From positions 11,734 through 75,733 of the forward strand of contig CAYNYK010000006.1 in the NCBI GenBank assembly GCA_964401335.1: a stretch of 64,000 nucleotides of DNA, written 5' to 3'. The position numbers and the translations under genes are program-made. Of the stretch, positions 8,104-17,958 are shown piece after piece; within the stretch, counting starts at the first letter, position 1; each line of letters starts with the position of its first letter. This DNA is from an uncultured Planctomycetales bacterium. Its GTDB lineage: Bacteria; Planctomycetota; Phycisphaerae; UBA1845; PWPN01. The notes beneath the pieces were generated by a model. That model saw nothing but the letters and a program-made list of their open reading frames with translations, ran no database searches and had not been told where the DNA came from.

Positions 8104-8868
8104 ATGAGCGAAAATCCCGTCGCCCTGAGCATCTGCACCCACCCTGACGACACCGAGTTCATGTGCGCCGGCACGCTGGCCTTGCTGCATGAAAATGAAT
8201 GGGACATCCACAGCGCCACCCTGACGGCGGGCGATTTGGGATCGGCGGAGTACACGCAAGAGCAAATCGCCCAGATCCGCCCCGCCGAGTCGGCCCGAAG
8301 TATCGCCCTGCTGAACGGCACGTACCATTGCCTGCATTGCCCGGATATCTGGATCGCCTACGATCGGCCCACGCTGACCAAAACGGTCGAACTGATCCGC
8401 AAGGTTCGCCCGCGAATCGTCTTCGCCCCCAGCCCGCGGGATTATATGATCGACCATGAGACGGGCAGCCGTATCGTCCAGATGGCCACCTTCGCGGCCG
8501 GCGTGCCTCTGCTCGAAACGCCGGGCTACGCGGCCATCGACTATCTTCCCCATGTGTATTACACCGACGCCGTCGAGGGTAAGGACATTTTCGGCGACCC
8601 GATCGAACCGCGCGTGCTGGTGGACATCTCCGGCGTCATCGAGGTCAAGGAAAAAATGCTCTGCTGCCACGAGAGCCAGCGGAACTGGCTGCTCAAGCAT
8701 CACGGCATCGACGAATACGTCATGACCATGAAAAATCTGGCCGCCGATCGCGGCAAACGTATCGGTCGGCCTTACGCCGAGGGCTTTCGTCAGCACCTCG
8801 GCCACGCGTATCCGCAGGACAATATCCTGAAAACCGTACTGGGCGGTCTGGTTCACGAAAGGAAATGA
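8104..8868 (+). CDS. PIG-L/LmbE family N-acetylglucosaminyl deacetylase
   Basis: ALSICTHPDDTEFMCAGTLALL (AHPDDE-type motif) and a later MIDHETG motif. The ORF-track N-terminal extension crosses a repeat, so ATG 8104 is used. Confidence 0.8.
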   Translation: MSENPVALSICTHPDDTEFMCAGTLALLHENEWDIHSATLTAGDLGSAEYTQEQIAQIRPAESARSIALLNGTYHCLHCPDIWIAYDRPTLTKTVELIRKVRPRIVFAPSPRDYMIDHETGSRIVQMATFAAGVPLLETPGYAAIDYLPHVYYTDAVEGKDIFGDPIEPRVLVDISGVIEVKEKMLCCHESQRNWLLKHHGIDEYVMTMKNLAADRGKRIGRPYAEGFRQHLGHAYPQDNILKTVLGGLVHERK

Positions 8869-8871
8869 CTC

Positions 8872-9801
8872 ATGGCCCGCAAACTCAGCCTGCTGGCGGC
8901 GGAATGGTGGGATTATACCACGGTGGACGACGCGATCCTCAAGGACGCGGCCAAACTGACGGTCAAAGACATGCAGGGCATGGCCCGCGAGGGATTCAAG
9001 ATCGTCTTCTACGACACGCTGGAGGATTTCTACCTGGCCGAGGCCTTGGAATACATCACCGCCTGGAAGCAGGCGACGGCGGATAACCCGGTGGGCATTT
9101 GCGGACCGATCGGCCCGACCGAGCAGTTACCGCTGGTCGCCCGGATGGTCAACGAGCTGGAGCTGAACCTCAAGCACGCCCATTTCTGGGGCATGGACGA
9201 ATGGTACGCCGACGGCCGGGAGGTACCGGTCACCCACCCGCTGTCTTTCGAACGGACCGACCGGGAACTCTGTTTCAACCGCATCCATAAAAAGTTGCGC
9301 ATGCCGGAAGCTAATCTGCACTTCCCCAAGGCCGACACGAAACCCTACATCAAAAGCTGGGAAGGCGTGCGTTGCGCGGTCATGCAGGGCGGCCAGGGCG
9401 ACGTCAAGCACTGGGCGTTCAACGATCCGCTGCCGCGCAAGGGAAAATACAAAGACCAGCCGCCCAGCCCGGCGGAATATCGCAAACTCTCCACCCGCGT
9501 GGTGGATTTGCACCCCGGCACCGTCCTGCAGAACGCCCGCACCAGCGCCGCGGGGATGATCAGCCTGGTCCCCACGCAAGCCTTGACCGTCGGGCCGCTG
9601 CAGACCTGGCAGGCGGAAAAAGTTTCGATCTGGCATCCCGGTGTACACGACAACCCGTTCGGGATGCGGCTGACTACCTTGATGATCGGCAAAAAAATCG
9701 CCGACAGCGCCGTGCCCATGTCCCTGCTCGCGGACCATCCCAATGTGCAATTCAATTTCTACCGTCCGGCGATACGGCCATGCGGAGTGGAGATGCATTG
9801 A
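8872..9801 (+). CDS. Glucosamine-6-phosphate deaminase/6-phosphogluconolactonase-family (NagB-like) protein
   Basis: FWGMDEW (compare F.LDEY) and [14 protein letters not shown] (compare G.DGH.AFNEP). Starts 4 nt after the deacetylase stop. Confidence 0.7.
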   Translation: MARKLSLLAAEWWDYTTVDDAILKDAAKLTVKDMQGMAREGFKIVFYDTLEDFYLAEALEYITAWKQATADNPVGICGPIGPTEQLPLVARMVNELELNLKHAHFWGMDEWYADGREVPVTHPLSFERTDRELCFNRIHKKLRMPEANLHFPKADTKPYIKSWEGVRCAVMQGGQGDVKHWAFNDPLPRKGKYKDQPPSPAEYRKLSTRVVDLHPGTVLQNARTSAAGMISLVPTQALTVGPLQTWQAEKVSIWHPGVHDNPFGMRLTTLMIGKKIADSAVPMSLLADHPNVQFNFYRPAIRPCGVEMH

Positions 9802-9811
9802 CCCGGGGAGC

Positions 9812-10798
9812 TTACGTCTGAATCGTAGGAACGCGGGATCGCTCCACCTCCGGCTGGTGGCGCGTGGCGGCCTTTTTTCTGTTCGCGGTGATATGCTCCC
9901 GCACTACATACAGCGGGCGGTGTTTGACCTCCTCGAAAATACAGCCGATGTACTCGGCGATGACCCCCAGACAAAGCAATTGCACGCCTCCGAGAATCAG
10001 CACGGTCAGAATCAAGGCGGTCCAGCCGGGCTCGATAGGCCAGCCGGCCAGACGGGCGTAGAGGATATAAACGGCATAAGCCAGGCCCGCCAACAGCGTC
10101 AGCAGCCCCAATACGGACGCCAGCCGCAGCGGCACGCTCGAAAACGCCAACACCGCATTCAAGGCCATACGCCCCGTCTGCCGCACCGTGTACGCCCGGT
10201 GCCCGGCAAAACGCTCGGCCTGGCTGTACGGGATGCCCGTCTGCCGGAACCCCAGCCAACTGAGCATGCCCCGGATAAAGCGCGCCCGCTCCGGCATCTT
10301 CCGGAAGGCCTCGACCACCCGACGGTCCATCAGCCGAAAGTCCGCCGCCTCCGACGGCACGCGAACCTTCATCAGCGCGTTAATGAACCGATATCCGAAC
10401 CGCGTTCTGGCCCCTTCGCGATAGGCATAAACGATATCGAAACCGGCCCGCCACTGGGCGACGAACTGCGGGATCATCTCCGGCGGATGCTGCAAGTCAG
10501 CGTCCATGACCACCACCGCGTCGCCCCCGGCATAATCGATACCCGCCGAGAGCGCCGCCTGGTGCCCGAAATTGCGCGACAAGGCCACCACCTGTACCCT
10601 TGCGTCCTTCCCCACCAGTTGCTGCAAACGCTCAAGGGTACCGTCCGTGCTGCCGTCATCCACGAAAACGAATTCGGCATTATCGATGCTCAGATGGTGA
10701 TCGGCGATGATACCTCGGATCACTTCGTCAAGCCGACGATAGAGCTCGTCTACGTTCTCTACTTCATTGCGACAGGGAATGACAATGGATAAAAGCAT
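9812..10798 (-). CDS. GT2 polyprenol-phosphate glycosyltransferase (DPM1/ArnC-like) with 2 C-terminal TM helices
   Basis: MLLSIVIPCRNEVENV, FVDDGSTDGT and MDADLQHPP motifs. Two hydrophobic C-terminal helices. The start overlaps the panB stop (TGATG). Confidence 0.85.
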   Translation of the reverse strand: MLLSIVIPCRNEVENVDELYRRLDEVIRGIIADHHLSIDNAEFVFVDDGSTDGTLERLQQLVGKDARVQVVALSRNFGHQAALSAGIDYAGGDAVVVMDADLQHPPEMIPQFVAQWRAGFDIVYAYREGARTRFGYRFINALMKVRVPSEAADFRLMDRRVVEAFRKMPERARFIRGMLSWLGFRQTGIPYSQAERFAGHRAYTVRQTGRMALNAVLAFSSVPLRLASVLGLLTLLAGLAYAVYILYARLAGWPIEPGWTALILTVLILGGVQLLCLGVIAEYIGCIFEEVKHRPLYVVREHITANRKKAATRHQPEVERSRVPTIQT

Positions 10799-11655
10799 CA
10801 GGACACTCGACCGGCGGAAACGAGTTTTTCGTATTCACCGGGATTCATGGGAATGGCCTCGGCTTCCGTCGGGAATCGCCCGGTGTGGATATCCTCGACA
10901 TAGGCCGCGAACGCCGACCGCATCACCTCCGCGAGGTTTGCATATACTTTGACCCGACGGGGAGGATGCCCTCCGCCCCAGCCGATCATATCGTGCAAAA
11001 CCACCACCGTCCCATCGCAGTGCGGGCCGGCCACGCATCCGATCACCGGCAGGGACGTTTGGGCGGTGATCTCCCGGGCCGCTTCGCCGGCCACGGCTTC
11101 CAAGAGAAGCATGATCGCCCCGGCCTGCTCCAGAATCCGGGCATCTTCAAGAAGCTGCCGGGCCTGCTCGGCCGTCTTGCCCCGCGCCCGATACCCGGTC
11201 GTGGAATCAATGTGTTGCGGGAGCAGCCCGAGATGCGCGACCACCGGCACCCCCGCATCACGAAACGAGGTCACCAGCGCGGCGTCCTGGCCGGTGACTT
11301 CCACTTTGAGGGCGTCACAGCCGGCGTCGTGGATGAAATGCCGTGCCCAGTTCAGTCGTGCTTGCGGGTTCATCCGCATACATTCAAACGGAAAATCCCC
11401 CAGTACAAAGGCATTCGGCGCCCCCCGCCGGACGGCCGCCGTCAAATGCAAAAGCACATTCGGCGGCGTGCCCCGCGTATTCGGCAACCCCAGCACCACC
11501 TCGCCGGCGCTGTCGCCGACCAGCAGTACTTCCACGCCGGCCTGTTCCATGATCCTGGCCGTGGCGAAATCGTAACAGGTCAAAACGCTGAATTTCCCGC
11601 CGGCCCGCTTGCGGTCCCGCAAATCGTCAAAAGTTATTTTGCTCGTTATCGACAT
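10798..11655 (-). CDS. panB: 3-methyl-2-oxobutanoate hydroxymethyltransferase
   Basis: KFSVLTCYDFATARIMEQAGVEVLLVGDSAGEVVLG is the PanB signature region. ATG (MSITSK) at 11655 is preferred. Confidence 0.9.
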   Translation of the reverse strand: MSITSKITFDDLRDRKRAGGKFSVLTCYDFATARIMEQAGVEVLLVGDSAGEVVLGLPNTRGTPPNVLLHLTAAVRRGAPNAFVLGDFPFECMRMNPQARLNWARHFIHDAGCDALKVEVTGQDAALVTSFRDAGVPVVAHLGLLPQHIDSTTGYRARGKTAEQARQLLEDARILEQAGAIMLLLEAVAGEAAREITAQTSLPVIGCVAGPHCDGTVVVLHDMIGWGGGHPPRRVKVYANLAEVMRSAFAAYVEDIHTGRFPTEAEAIPMNPGEYEKLVSAGRVS

Positions 11656-11818
11656 GCCATCAGGATACGCTTGCCCCCACCGGTTGACAAGAATCCCCCC
11701 GCCCCGCCGTTTCGCACACCCCACACGCCCATCGCGTAAAAAACCCTCACTTTGTGACGCATGTCGGAAAGGTTATAATCATGAATATAGGTGTTCGCAT
11801 GACCTGCAATCACTCGTT

Positions 11819-11892
11819 GCGCCCGTAGCTCAGCAGGATAGAGCACCGGTTTCCTAAACCGGGGGTCACAGGTTCGAATCCTGTCGGGCGCG
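11819..11892 (+). tRNA. tRNA-Arg (anticodon CCT)
   Basis: Cloverleaf folded by hand. Acceptor GCGCCCG/CGGGCGC, D stem GCTC/GAGC, anticodon stem CCGGT/ACCGG with loop TTCCTAA, and T arm ACAGG-TTCGAAT-CCTGT. Confidence 0.9.
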
Positions 11893-11904
11893 TTACATCG
11901 AACC

Positions 11905-11945
11905 CAAAAAAACGACGCGCGGGGGGGTTGAGTCCCGCGCGTCGT
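11905..11945 (-). terminator. Intrinsic terminator of the GH38 gene (hairpin also faces the tRNA)
   Basis: 12-bp GC-rich stem ACGACGCGCGGG/CCCGCGCGTCGT. On the minus strand it is followed by TTTTTTT. Confidence 0.75.
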
Positions 11946-11972
11946 TCTATTCATCTTCACCGCAACGTCGGA

Positions 11973-14855
11973 TCAGACCATCATAATCTTCAGGGTGGCG
12001 ATTTCCTTCTGACGCATAGGGATATCCCATCCTTTGCCCGTACCGGTGAGTTTGGCCAGGGTCTGCGACTCATCCATCCGCACCTTCTCGACGGTCTTGA
12101 TTTTAAGCGTCGAGCTCAACGTGGCGGTCACCGGCTGGTCCGAACTGTTCCACAACCGCAGCGTGTAACCCTTGCCGTCTTCGCTCTGGTAGAAGGCGGC
12201 CAGATGCACGTGCTCGGTCGGCGTAATCGAAATCAGCGACTGGCTCACCGGCAACTCGCCGGGCTTGGGCAACCCCTGAATGATTCGCCACGGGGTGTTG
12301 AACTCGTTGGCCTCGTTAAGCACGTTGGCCTTACGCCAATCGCCGGCGTGGGGCATGATCGCGTATTCCATTTCATGCTCGCCGATCGAGTGCTGGCCGT
12401 CGTTACGAGCCAACTCCTCCGGGGTCATGGGATCCTTGCGGGCCAGCATGTACGCCCGATGGCAGCGTATCAGGGTGATAGCCAGCGTCCGCCGCGGATC
12501 GTCAACCACCTCATACTCGCGCAGCCCCTTGCTCATGAAAGCAAAGCCGTTCTTGCCGTCGGTAAGGTCCACGAAATTATACATGGGCTGGTAGGGATAA
12601 TGGCCTTCAAAATTGTCCCCCGTCTGGAGCCACTGGAAGCAGCGGGTGACCACGTCGAAGGCGGATTCCACCTGGACTTCGTTGGTCTTGATATCGCTCG
12701 GCAGCATGACCCGCAGGCGATGGTCGCGGGAGCGGTTGTCGAAACGGGTCTTGATTTCCAGTCGGGGCGAACCCTTCTTAAGGGTTAGCCAGGAACTAAT
12801 CGGCAGATCGATGGTGAAGCGGTTGCGATGCCGCCCGTCAAGGTCGGCGTCGGCCGGGATGGGCAACACGATATCGATCCGATAACGGGCCCGCAGAGCA
12901 TTGTTCTCCTCAAGAGTGACGGCCGCCGAGCACCCCAGACTGCTGACCGTGAAGTCGCGCATCGGGGTGCGATACTGATGGGCGTTGCCCAGGCTGCCGT
13001 TGTCCTCGAAATAGTGCATGGACTTGTTCTGGCGGCCGGTCTTCTTGTCGGTCAGGTCGAAGGTGCCGTTAGGATTGATCTGCACCTTGAGGTACTCGTT
13101 TTCCAGAATGCCGCCGGTCTGGGCGATAAGCGGCCGATCACCGGCCGGTTTGGGATCGGTAACATAGTTGCGCGGCCGCGGACGAATCGCGTACGTGCGA
13201 TACCCCATCGGCGGCACATCCACCTCCATCAGCATCTGGTGACGGACAACCTTGTAGGAAATCGCGTTGGAATCGAGCTTGCGTTCGGCCTCGACGTGGG
13301 TGGTCTCTTTTTCGAGCACCTTGGCGGGCACCTTGTTGCCCTGCTCGTCGAGCGTATCGAAGTAGTCGTAGCTGACGACCTTATGTTCATCGGCATCGTC
13401 CAGCACGGGGCCCGCGCCGGTGACGGCCTCGACGTAGATGCTTTCGCCGCGCGGCATGGGCGTGTCCAGAATAAGGGGCACGACGGCCTTGCGGGCCACC
13501 GGCGTCGTATTGAAGAACGTCAGGGTGATGTCGTCTTCCTTGAAACTCTTGGCCGTGTCCAGCTTGGACCAGATGTATTCGCAGGCGCGCCGGCTGCACT
13601 CACGGGCCAGGGCCCAGGTCGCCCGGAAGCGGGTGGGCATGTCCTTGTGGGCCTCGTTGATGGCCGCCCCGCAAATACTGTCGTGGGCGTGGTTCTTAAG
13701 CAGTTCGAGCCAGGCCCGGTCCAACAGGCTGCGGCGATACTGGTCGCCCAGCATGGCCGACAAACTGGACAACGGCTCGGCCACGCCGATCAGGTCGCGC
13801 TCGGCCTCGTTGTTGAGCAGCTTGAGAATCATCCGCGACGACTGTACGGTACCCAACAGCGCGTTGAAACCAACTTCGATCGCGGTGTAACGCATTTCGC
13901 CCTTATGCACGGGTAACGTCTTGTCTTTGACCGTCTCGACGATGGCGGCCGTATAGTTGTCGATCGAATCGAGCACCAGTTCGTATTCGTCCTGTACCTC
14001 GTTTAACGCGTCGATCAGCTTGGGCAGGTTGACGTAAGGCGTGGCGTTATCCTCCATGTCCAGGGCGAGGATATGCTCCCCGATGGCTTGCGGGCCGGCC
14101 TGCTTGACCAGGATATTCAGAGCTTTACGCAAGGCCTGGGGATCCTTGTTGAAGTCGAAACTTTCCCAGGTCATCTGGTGTCCGACCTCGTACATGGTTT
14201 CGTCGGCCATGTGGACCGGCAGGTTCGCCGGATCATAGTGCGGGCGCAGGTCGCGAGGCAGCTTGTTCAACACCAGCATGTAGTGCGCGAAGAAGAACCA
14301 GTTGGTCCGGGTGACTTCATCGAAACAGCGAATCAGGTAGATGCGCGTACCGTCGGGGCTTTCCCAGTTGCAGATCGGGGCTACCTGATGCTTGTTGGTG
14401 CCACGATAGGTCAGGGCGGTCTTCAGGCCGAACCCGTCGTAAATCTGCGGCATCTGCGAAATCTGCCCGTAGGAGGTGGCCGTGTATCCGGTCTTGGTCT
14501 GGGCGCCGAAGCGATCGACCATGCGCTTGCCGATGATCAGGTTGCGAATCAGCGCCTCCGGGGCCACGATGTTCATTTCCGGCAGCGTGTACCACGGCAC
14601 GGTGGCGATCTGCCCCTTGGCGATCAGCTTGCGCAGGCGTTCTTCGTTTTCCGGACGAATCGCCAGGTAATCCTCCATCACGATGGTTCCGCCGTCGAGC
14701 AGAAAACACTTGAACTCCGGGTGCTTCTCCAGAATCGAAAGCAGATCATCCATCAACTCCATCAGGCGCAACAGGGATTGATCGGCCGTGTAACGCCATT
14801 CCCGATCCCAGTGCGTGCCGGAGATCACCCAGATTTTCTTTTGCCGCTTGGGCAT
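11973..14855 (-). CDS. Alpha-mannosidase, glycoside hydrolase family 38
   Basis: 960 aa. N-terminal IWVISGTHWDREWRY is typical of the GH38 catalytic domain. No signal peptide seen. Confidence 0.85.
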   Translation of the reverse strand: MPKRQKKIWVISGTHWDREWRYTADQSLLRLMELMDDLLSILEKHPEFKCFLLDGGTIVMEDYLAIRPENEERLRKLIAKGQIATVPWYTLPEMNIVAPEALIRNLIIGKRMVDRFGAQTKTGYTATSYGQISQMPQIYDGFGLKTALTYRGTNKHQVAPICNWESPDGTRIYLIRCFDEVTRTNWFFFAHYMLVLNKLPRDLRPHYDPANLPVHMADETMYEVGHQMTWESFDFNKDPQALRKALNILVKQAGPQAIGEHILALDMEDNATPYVNLPKLIDALNEVQDEYELVLDSIDNYTAAIVETVKDKTLPVHKGEMRYTAIEVGFNALLGTVQSSRMILKLLNNEAERDLIGVAEPLSSLSAMLGDQYRRSLLDRAWLELLKNHAHDSICGAAINEAHKDMPTRFRATWALARECSRRACEYIWSKLDTAKSFKEDDITLTFFNTTPVARKAVVPLILDTPMPRGESIYVEAVTGAGPVLDDADEHKVVSYDYFDTLDEQGNKVPAKVLEKETTHVEAERKLDSNAISYKVVRHQMLMEVDVPPMGYRTYAIRPRPRNYVTDPKPAGDRPLIAQTGGILENEYLKVQINPNGTFDLTDKKTGRQNKSMHYFEDNGSLGNAHQYRTPMRDFTVSSLGCSAAVTLEENNALRARYRIDIVLPIPADADLDGRHRNRFTIDLPISSWLTLKKGSPRLEIKTRFDNRSRDHRLRVMLPSDIKTNEVQVESAFDVVTRCFQWLQTGDNFEGHYPYQPMYNFVDLTDGKNGFAFMSKGLREYEVVDDPRRTLAITLIRCHRAYMLARKDPMTPEELARNDGQHSIGEHEMEYAIMPHAGDWRKANVLNEANEFNTPWRIIQGLPKPGELPVSQSLISITPTEHVHLAAFYQSEDGKGYTLRLWNSSDQPVTATLSSTLKIKTVEKVRMDESQTLAKLTGTGKGWDIPMRQKEIATLKIMMV

Positions 14856-15119
14856 ACCTCATGCTCCCTTCTTCTGTTGTTCGTCAATAGTTATGCAATA
14901 TCCGAGGGCATCCCAGGTCGTAAATAAGCCCGCCCGGTCCACTTGGCCGAGTTCTTCGGACCCGTCGCCTGAGGCGCCTGGCTGGGGGTGCTGGAATAAG
15001 CAGGACTACATACCGCTCCCCAGAAGAAAAAGCATGATACCGGCTGTATCAAAAAAAGCCATACCCCACCGTGGACACAGGCATGAAAAATAATTGATGT
15101 TTCATTTAAGTGGGCCGCC

Positions 15120-15140
15120 TAAAACCGGTGTGGCACCGGT
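15120..15140 (-). terminator. Putative intrinsic terminator after nadA
   Basis: ACCGGTG-tgg-CACCGGT hairpin, followed on the minus strand by TTTTA. About 70 nt downstream of the nadA stop. Confidence 0.45.
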
Positions 15141-15211
15141 ATCTCGCCGGTGCTGATCGGCCCGGCGGGGCCGACGTTATCGGGTTTTTGGATGCACACT
15201 AAGTCCGGTGG

Positions 15212-16321
15212 TTACTTCGCCGCGACCGGCTCGGCGTGGACGTGATCGAGCATCCGCTGAAGGGCCGACAGGGCATCGCGACGGGTCGATGGATCGACAA
15301 TGACACGGTTGACCACCCGGCCGGCGGCCAACTCGTCGAGGCACCAAAGCAGATGCGGCAGGTCGATACGAAACATGGTCGTGCAGAGGCACTGCGGCTT
15401 GCCAAGCAGGCGAATGTCCTTACGGCCAAGGTTCTGCTCCATCAGCCGCTGGACCAGGTTAATTTCCGTGCCAATGGCCCAGCGCGAGCCGTCCGGGGCC
15501 TCGGAGATAACCTTGATGATGTATTCCGTACTGCCGGCCAGGTCGGCTTTCTGGACCACTTCCCACGCACATTCGGGGTGGACGATGATTTTACGGTCCG
15601 GGTCGGTCCTGCGGATTTGATCGCAGTCCTCCGGGGTGAAGTATTGATGAACGCTGCAAAACCCTTTCCAAAGAATGAACTTGGCTCGGCGAATCTGCTC
15701 GTCGGAAAAATCATTGTCGTCCGGGCCGTAGACAACCATGGATTCCAGCGGCCAGCCCATCGCGTAGGCCGTGTTGCGCCCAAGGTGCTGATCGGGCAGG
15801 AAGAGCACCTTGTCGCCCCGGTCGAGGGCGTATTCGAGGATGCGCCGAGCGTTGCTGCTGGTACAGCAGGCCCCGTCGTGACGGCCGCAGAAGGCCTTGA
15901 TCGACGCCAGGCTGTTCACATAGGTGATGGGGATGATCTTTTCGTCGGTGATATCGGTAAAGTAAGCCCAAGCCTCCTCGACCTGATCGAGGGTGGCCAT
16001 GTCGGCCATGCTGCACCCGGCGGTCAGGTCGGGAAGGATAATTTGAACGCTGTCGTCCGTGAGGATGTCGGCCGACTCGGCCATGAAATGCACGCCGCAG
16101 AAAACCACGAATTCAGCACTTTTCTGCCGGGCAGCAAGCTGACTGAGCTTGAGGCTGTCGCCGGTGAAATCGGCGAACCGGATTACGTCGTCGCGCTGGT
16201 AGTGGTGGCCAAGGATCACCAGCCGTTCGCCAAAAGTCCGTTTATGCGCAACGATCCGCTCGGCCATCTGTTCGAGGCTGAGGGTGTTGTATTTCGCGGG
16301 TAAAGGCACCTGATTAAGCAT
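15212..16321 (-). CDS. nadA: Quinolinate synthase
   Basis: RLVILGHHYQRDDVIRFADFTGDSLKLSQ and later GCSMADM / CTTM Cys motifs typical of NadA. Confidence 0.9.
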   Translation of the reverse strand: MLNQVPLPAKYNTLSLEQMAERIVAHKRTFGERLVILGHHYQRDDVIRFADFTGDSLKLSQLAARQKSAEFVVFCGVHFMAESADILTDDSVQIILPDLTAGCSMADMATLDQVEEAWAYFTDITDEKIIPITYVNSLASIKAFCGRHDGACCTSSNARRILEYALDRGDKVLFLPDQHLGRNTAYAMGWPLESMVVYGPDDNDFSDEQIRRAKFILWKGFCSVHQYFTPEDCDQIRRTDPDRKIIVHPECAWEVVQKADLAGSTEYIIKVISEAPDGSRWAIGTEINLVQRLMEQNLGRKDIRLLGKPQCLCTTMFRIDLPHLLWCLDELAAGRVVNRVIVDPSTRRDALSALQRMLDHVHAEPVAAK

Positions 16322-16580
16322 ATTCTTAGTATAGCCGCCTGCGGTGGCCGGGCCAAATGGTAAACACGATGGTTATGGCCGGCTGGCCCATCCATTCCGG
16401 TACTCCGGAATGGGTGGGTTCGCGATGATGGATAACGAAGGGAATATACGATTGTGTAGCTCCTCGCGATGACGGAAGAATTACCGCGACCGATCATCGT
16501 GACCCCACCCATCGCTGCGCGATGAATGGGGCACCCGTCACCCATCACCCGTGCGCGGCGCGATTCGTATGCTCCTATAC

Positions 16581-17471
16581 TCACTCCGGTTGGGTCGCGG
16601 GTAGCGTCGTTACGATGAATTCAAGTTGCTTGGGTATTTCCTTTTTCTCTACCGCATCCAGCAACATCGTGCTGGTTTCCGCATCGATCCCGTACTCACT
16701 CAAAAGCTGTTTAAGTTCATGTTTCGCGTCAGGCGGCTCCATGTAAACAAAGATGATATGCCGTTGTGCCCCCTTAACCCAATGCTCCTTCAATCTACGC
16801 GCTATCCTTTGTTCACTATATCTTTCGGCCTTCTTGCGATTGGCTTCAATGGCGGCCACATACTGCGCACGCAGTTGGGGATCTTTGATGCCATCGGGAG
16901 ACATCCCAGACAGCCCCGGCGCTCCAGGGGGTGGGGGAACATTAAGGAATGGTCTATCTTCAGGATCCCAATTTTTATCGATTGTTTTCTCTATGCGTCG
17001 CCAGGCGTGCAACCAAAGCCGCATCTGTTTGCGGCGTAGTTGAGCGAAGTCTTGTCCTCCCAGCTTTTTACCCTCAGCATCATAATAAGGTTGAACCGTT
17101 TGTACCAATTGACACATAAGCTCGAGTGGAATCTCATCTGATTTTTCCAAAGCTTTCATCGCCAGGAATTGAGAAAGCCCGCGTGCTTTATTCATTTCCT
17201 TGAATTCCCGGGATTCCAATTCACACGATAGCTTATGCATGCAGCTTGCATACATTTCGACATCGGTTTCTCCCCATCGCTGTTCGATTTCCTGAGCTAT
17301 CGCCTCCAATGCGGTAAGGTTTCTCTCTTGCCCCAGCCTATTCATGCGATGGTATATTTCCTCATAGGCCGCCGCCCGTTCATTCTCCAGGTTTCCAGCC
17401 CATGCCGGAAACATCCCGATCGTAATGGATAGGAACAATGAAGCGTAAACCAATGACGGTAATGACCGCAT
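16581..17471 (-). CDS. Hypothetical secreted, predicted all-helical protein
   Basis: ATG at 17471 gives signal peptide MRSLPSLVYASLFLSITIGMFPAWA. GC is visibly lower than the flanks. No recognisable domain. Confidence 0.6.
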   Translation of the reverse strand: MRSLPSLVYASLFLSITIGMFPAWAGNLENERAAAYEEIYHRMNRLGQERNLTALEAIAQEIEQRWGETDVEMYASCMHKLSCELESREFKEMNKARGLSQFLAMKALEKSDEIPLELMCQLVQTVQPYYDAEGKKLGGQDFAQLRRKQMRLWLHAWRRIEKTIDKNWDPEDRPFLNVPPPPGAPGLSGMSPDGIKDPQLRAQYVAAIEANRKKAERYSEQRIARRLKEHWVKGAQRHIIFVYMEPPDAKHELKQLLSEYGIDAETSTMLLDAVEKKEIPKQLEFIVTTLPATQPE

Positions 17472-17619
17472 GTCGCATCCTCCCTTTGCGTTATCATACC
17501 CCCACAATGTCATTGTACACCAATTGCCAAAGTCGTCTACTCGTCTCCCCCTCTCCATGCCTCCCCCTCTCCCTCGTACCCTAGCTCGCGCGTCGGGCTG
17601 GTAAAGAGGAACCCTTGCC

Positions 17620-17685
17620 CGCCACGGCCCGGCTTCGCTCGGCTCCGCTCGACAAGGCGGAGCCTAGCGAAGCCTGGCCGTGGCG
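17620..17685. repeat. 29-bp near-perfect inverted repeat (27/29) with 8-nt spacer
   Basis: CGCCACGGCCCGGCTTCGCTCGGCTCCGC tcgacaag GCGGAGCCTAGCGAAGCCTGGCCGTGGCG. Flanked by direct repeats of CGTCGGGCTGGT, CTAGC and AACCCTTGC. Confidence 0.8.
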
Positions 17686-17958
17686 AGCGAGGTAAACTGC
17701 GTCGGGCTGGTGTCCACTTGCTAGCGCTTCGGGCTGGCAACCCTTGCTCAATGCCGACACATACGGTCAAATGATGCTTATGCTGGTCGATACCAAGACA
17801 GTATAAGATGGATTGCCCTGAAATCGGATATCCAAGTACGGTACATTACGGCAAAAGCAATAGGAGCGGTTAGCGGTTGCCGAACAAGAGCGGAACACGA
17901 CTCGGTAGCGTAGCCGGATAGGACTATCCATGAAACCTCGGATGAACGGAGACAACCC

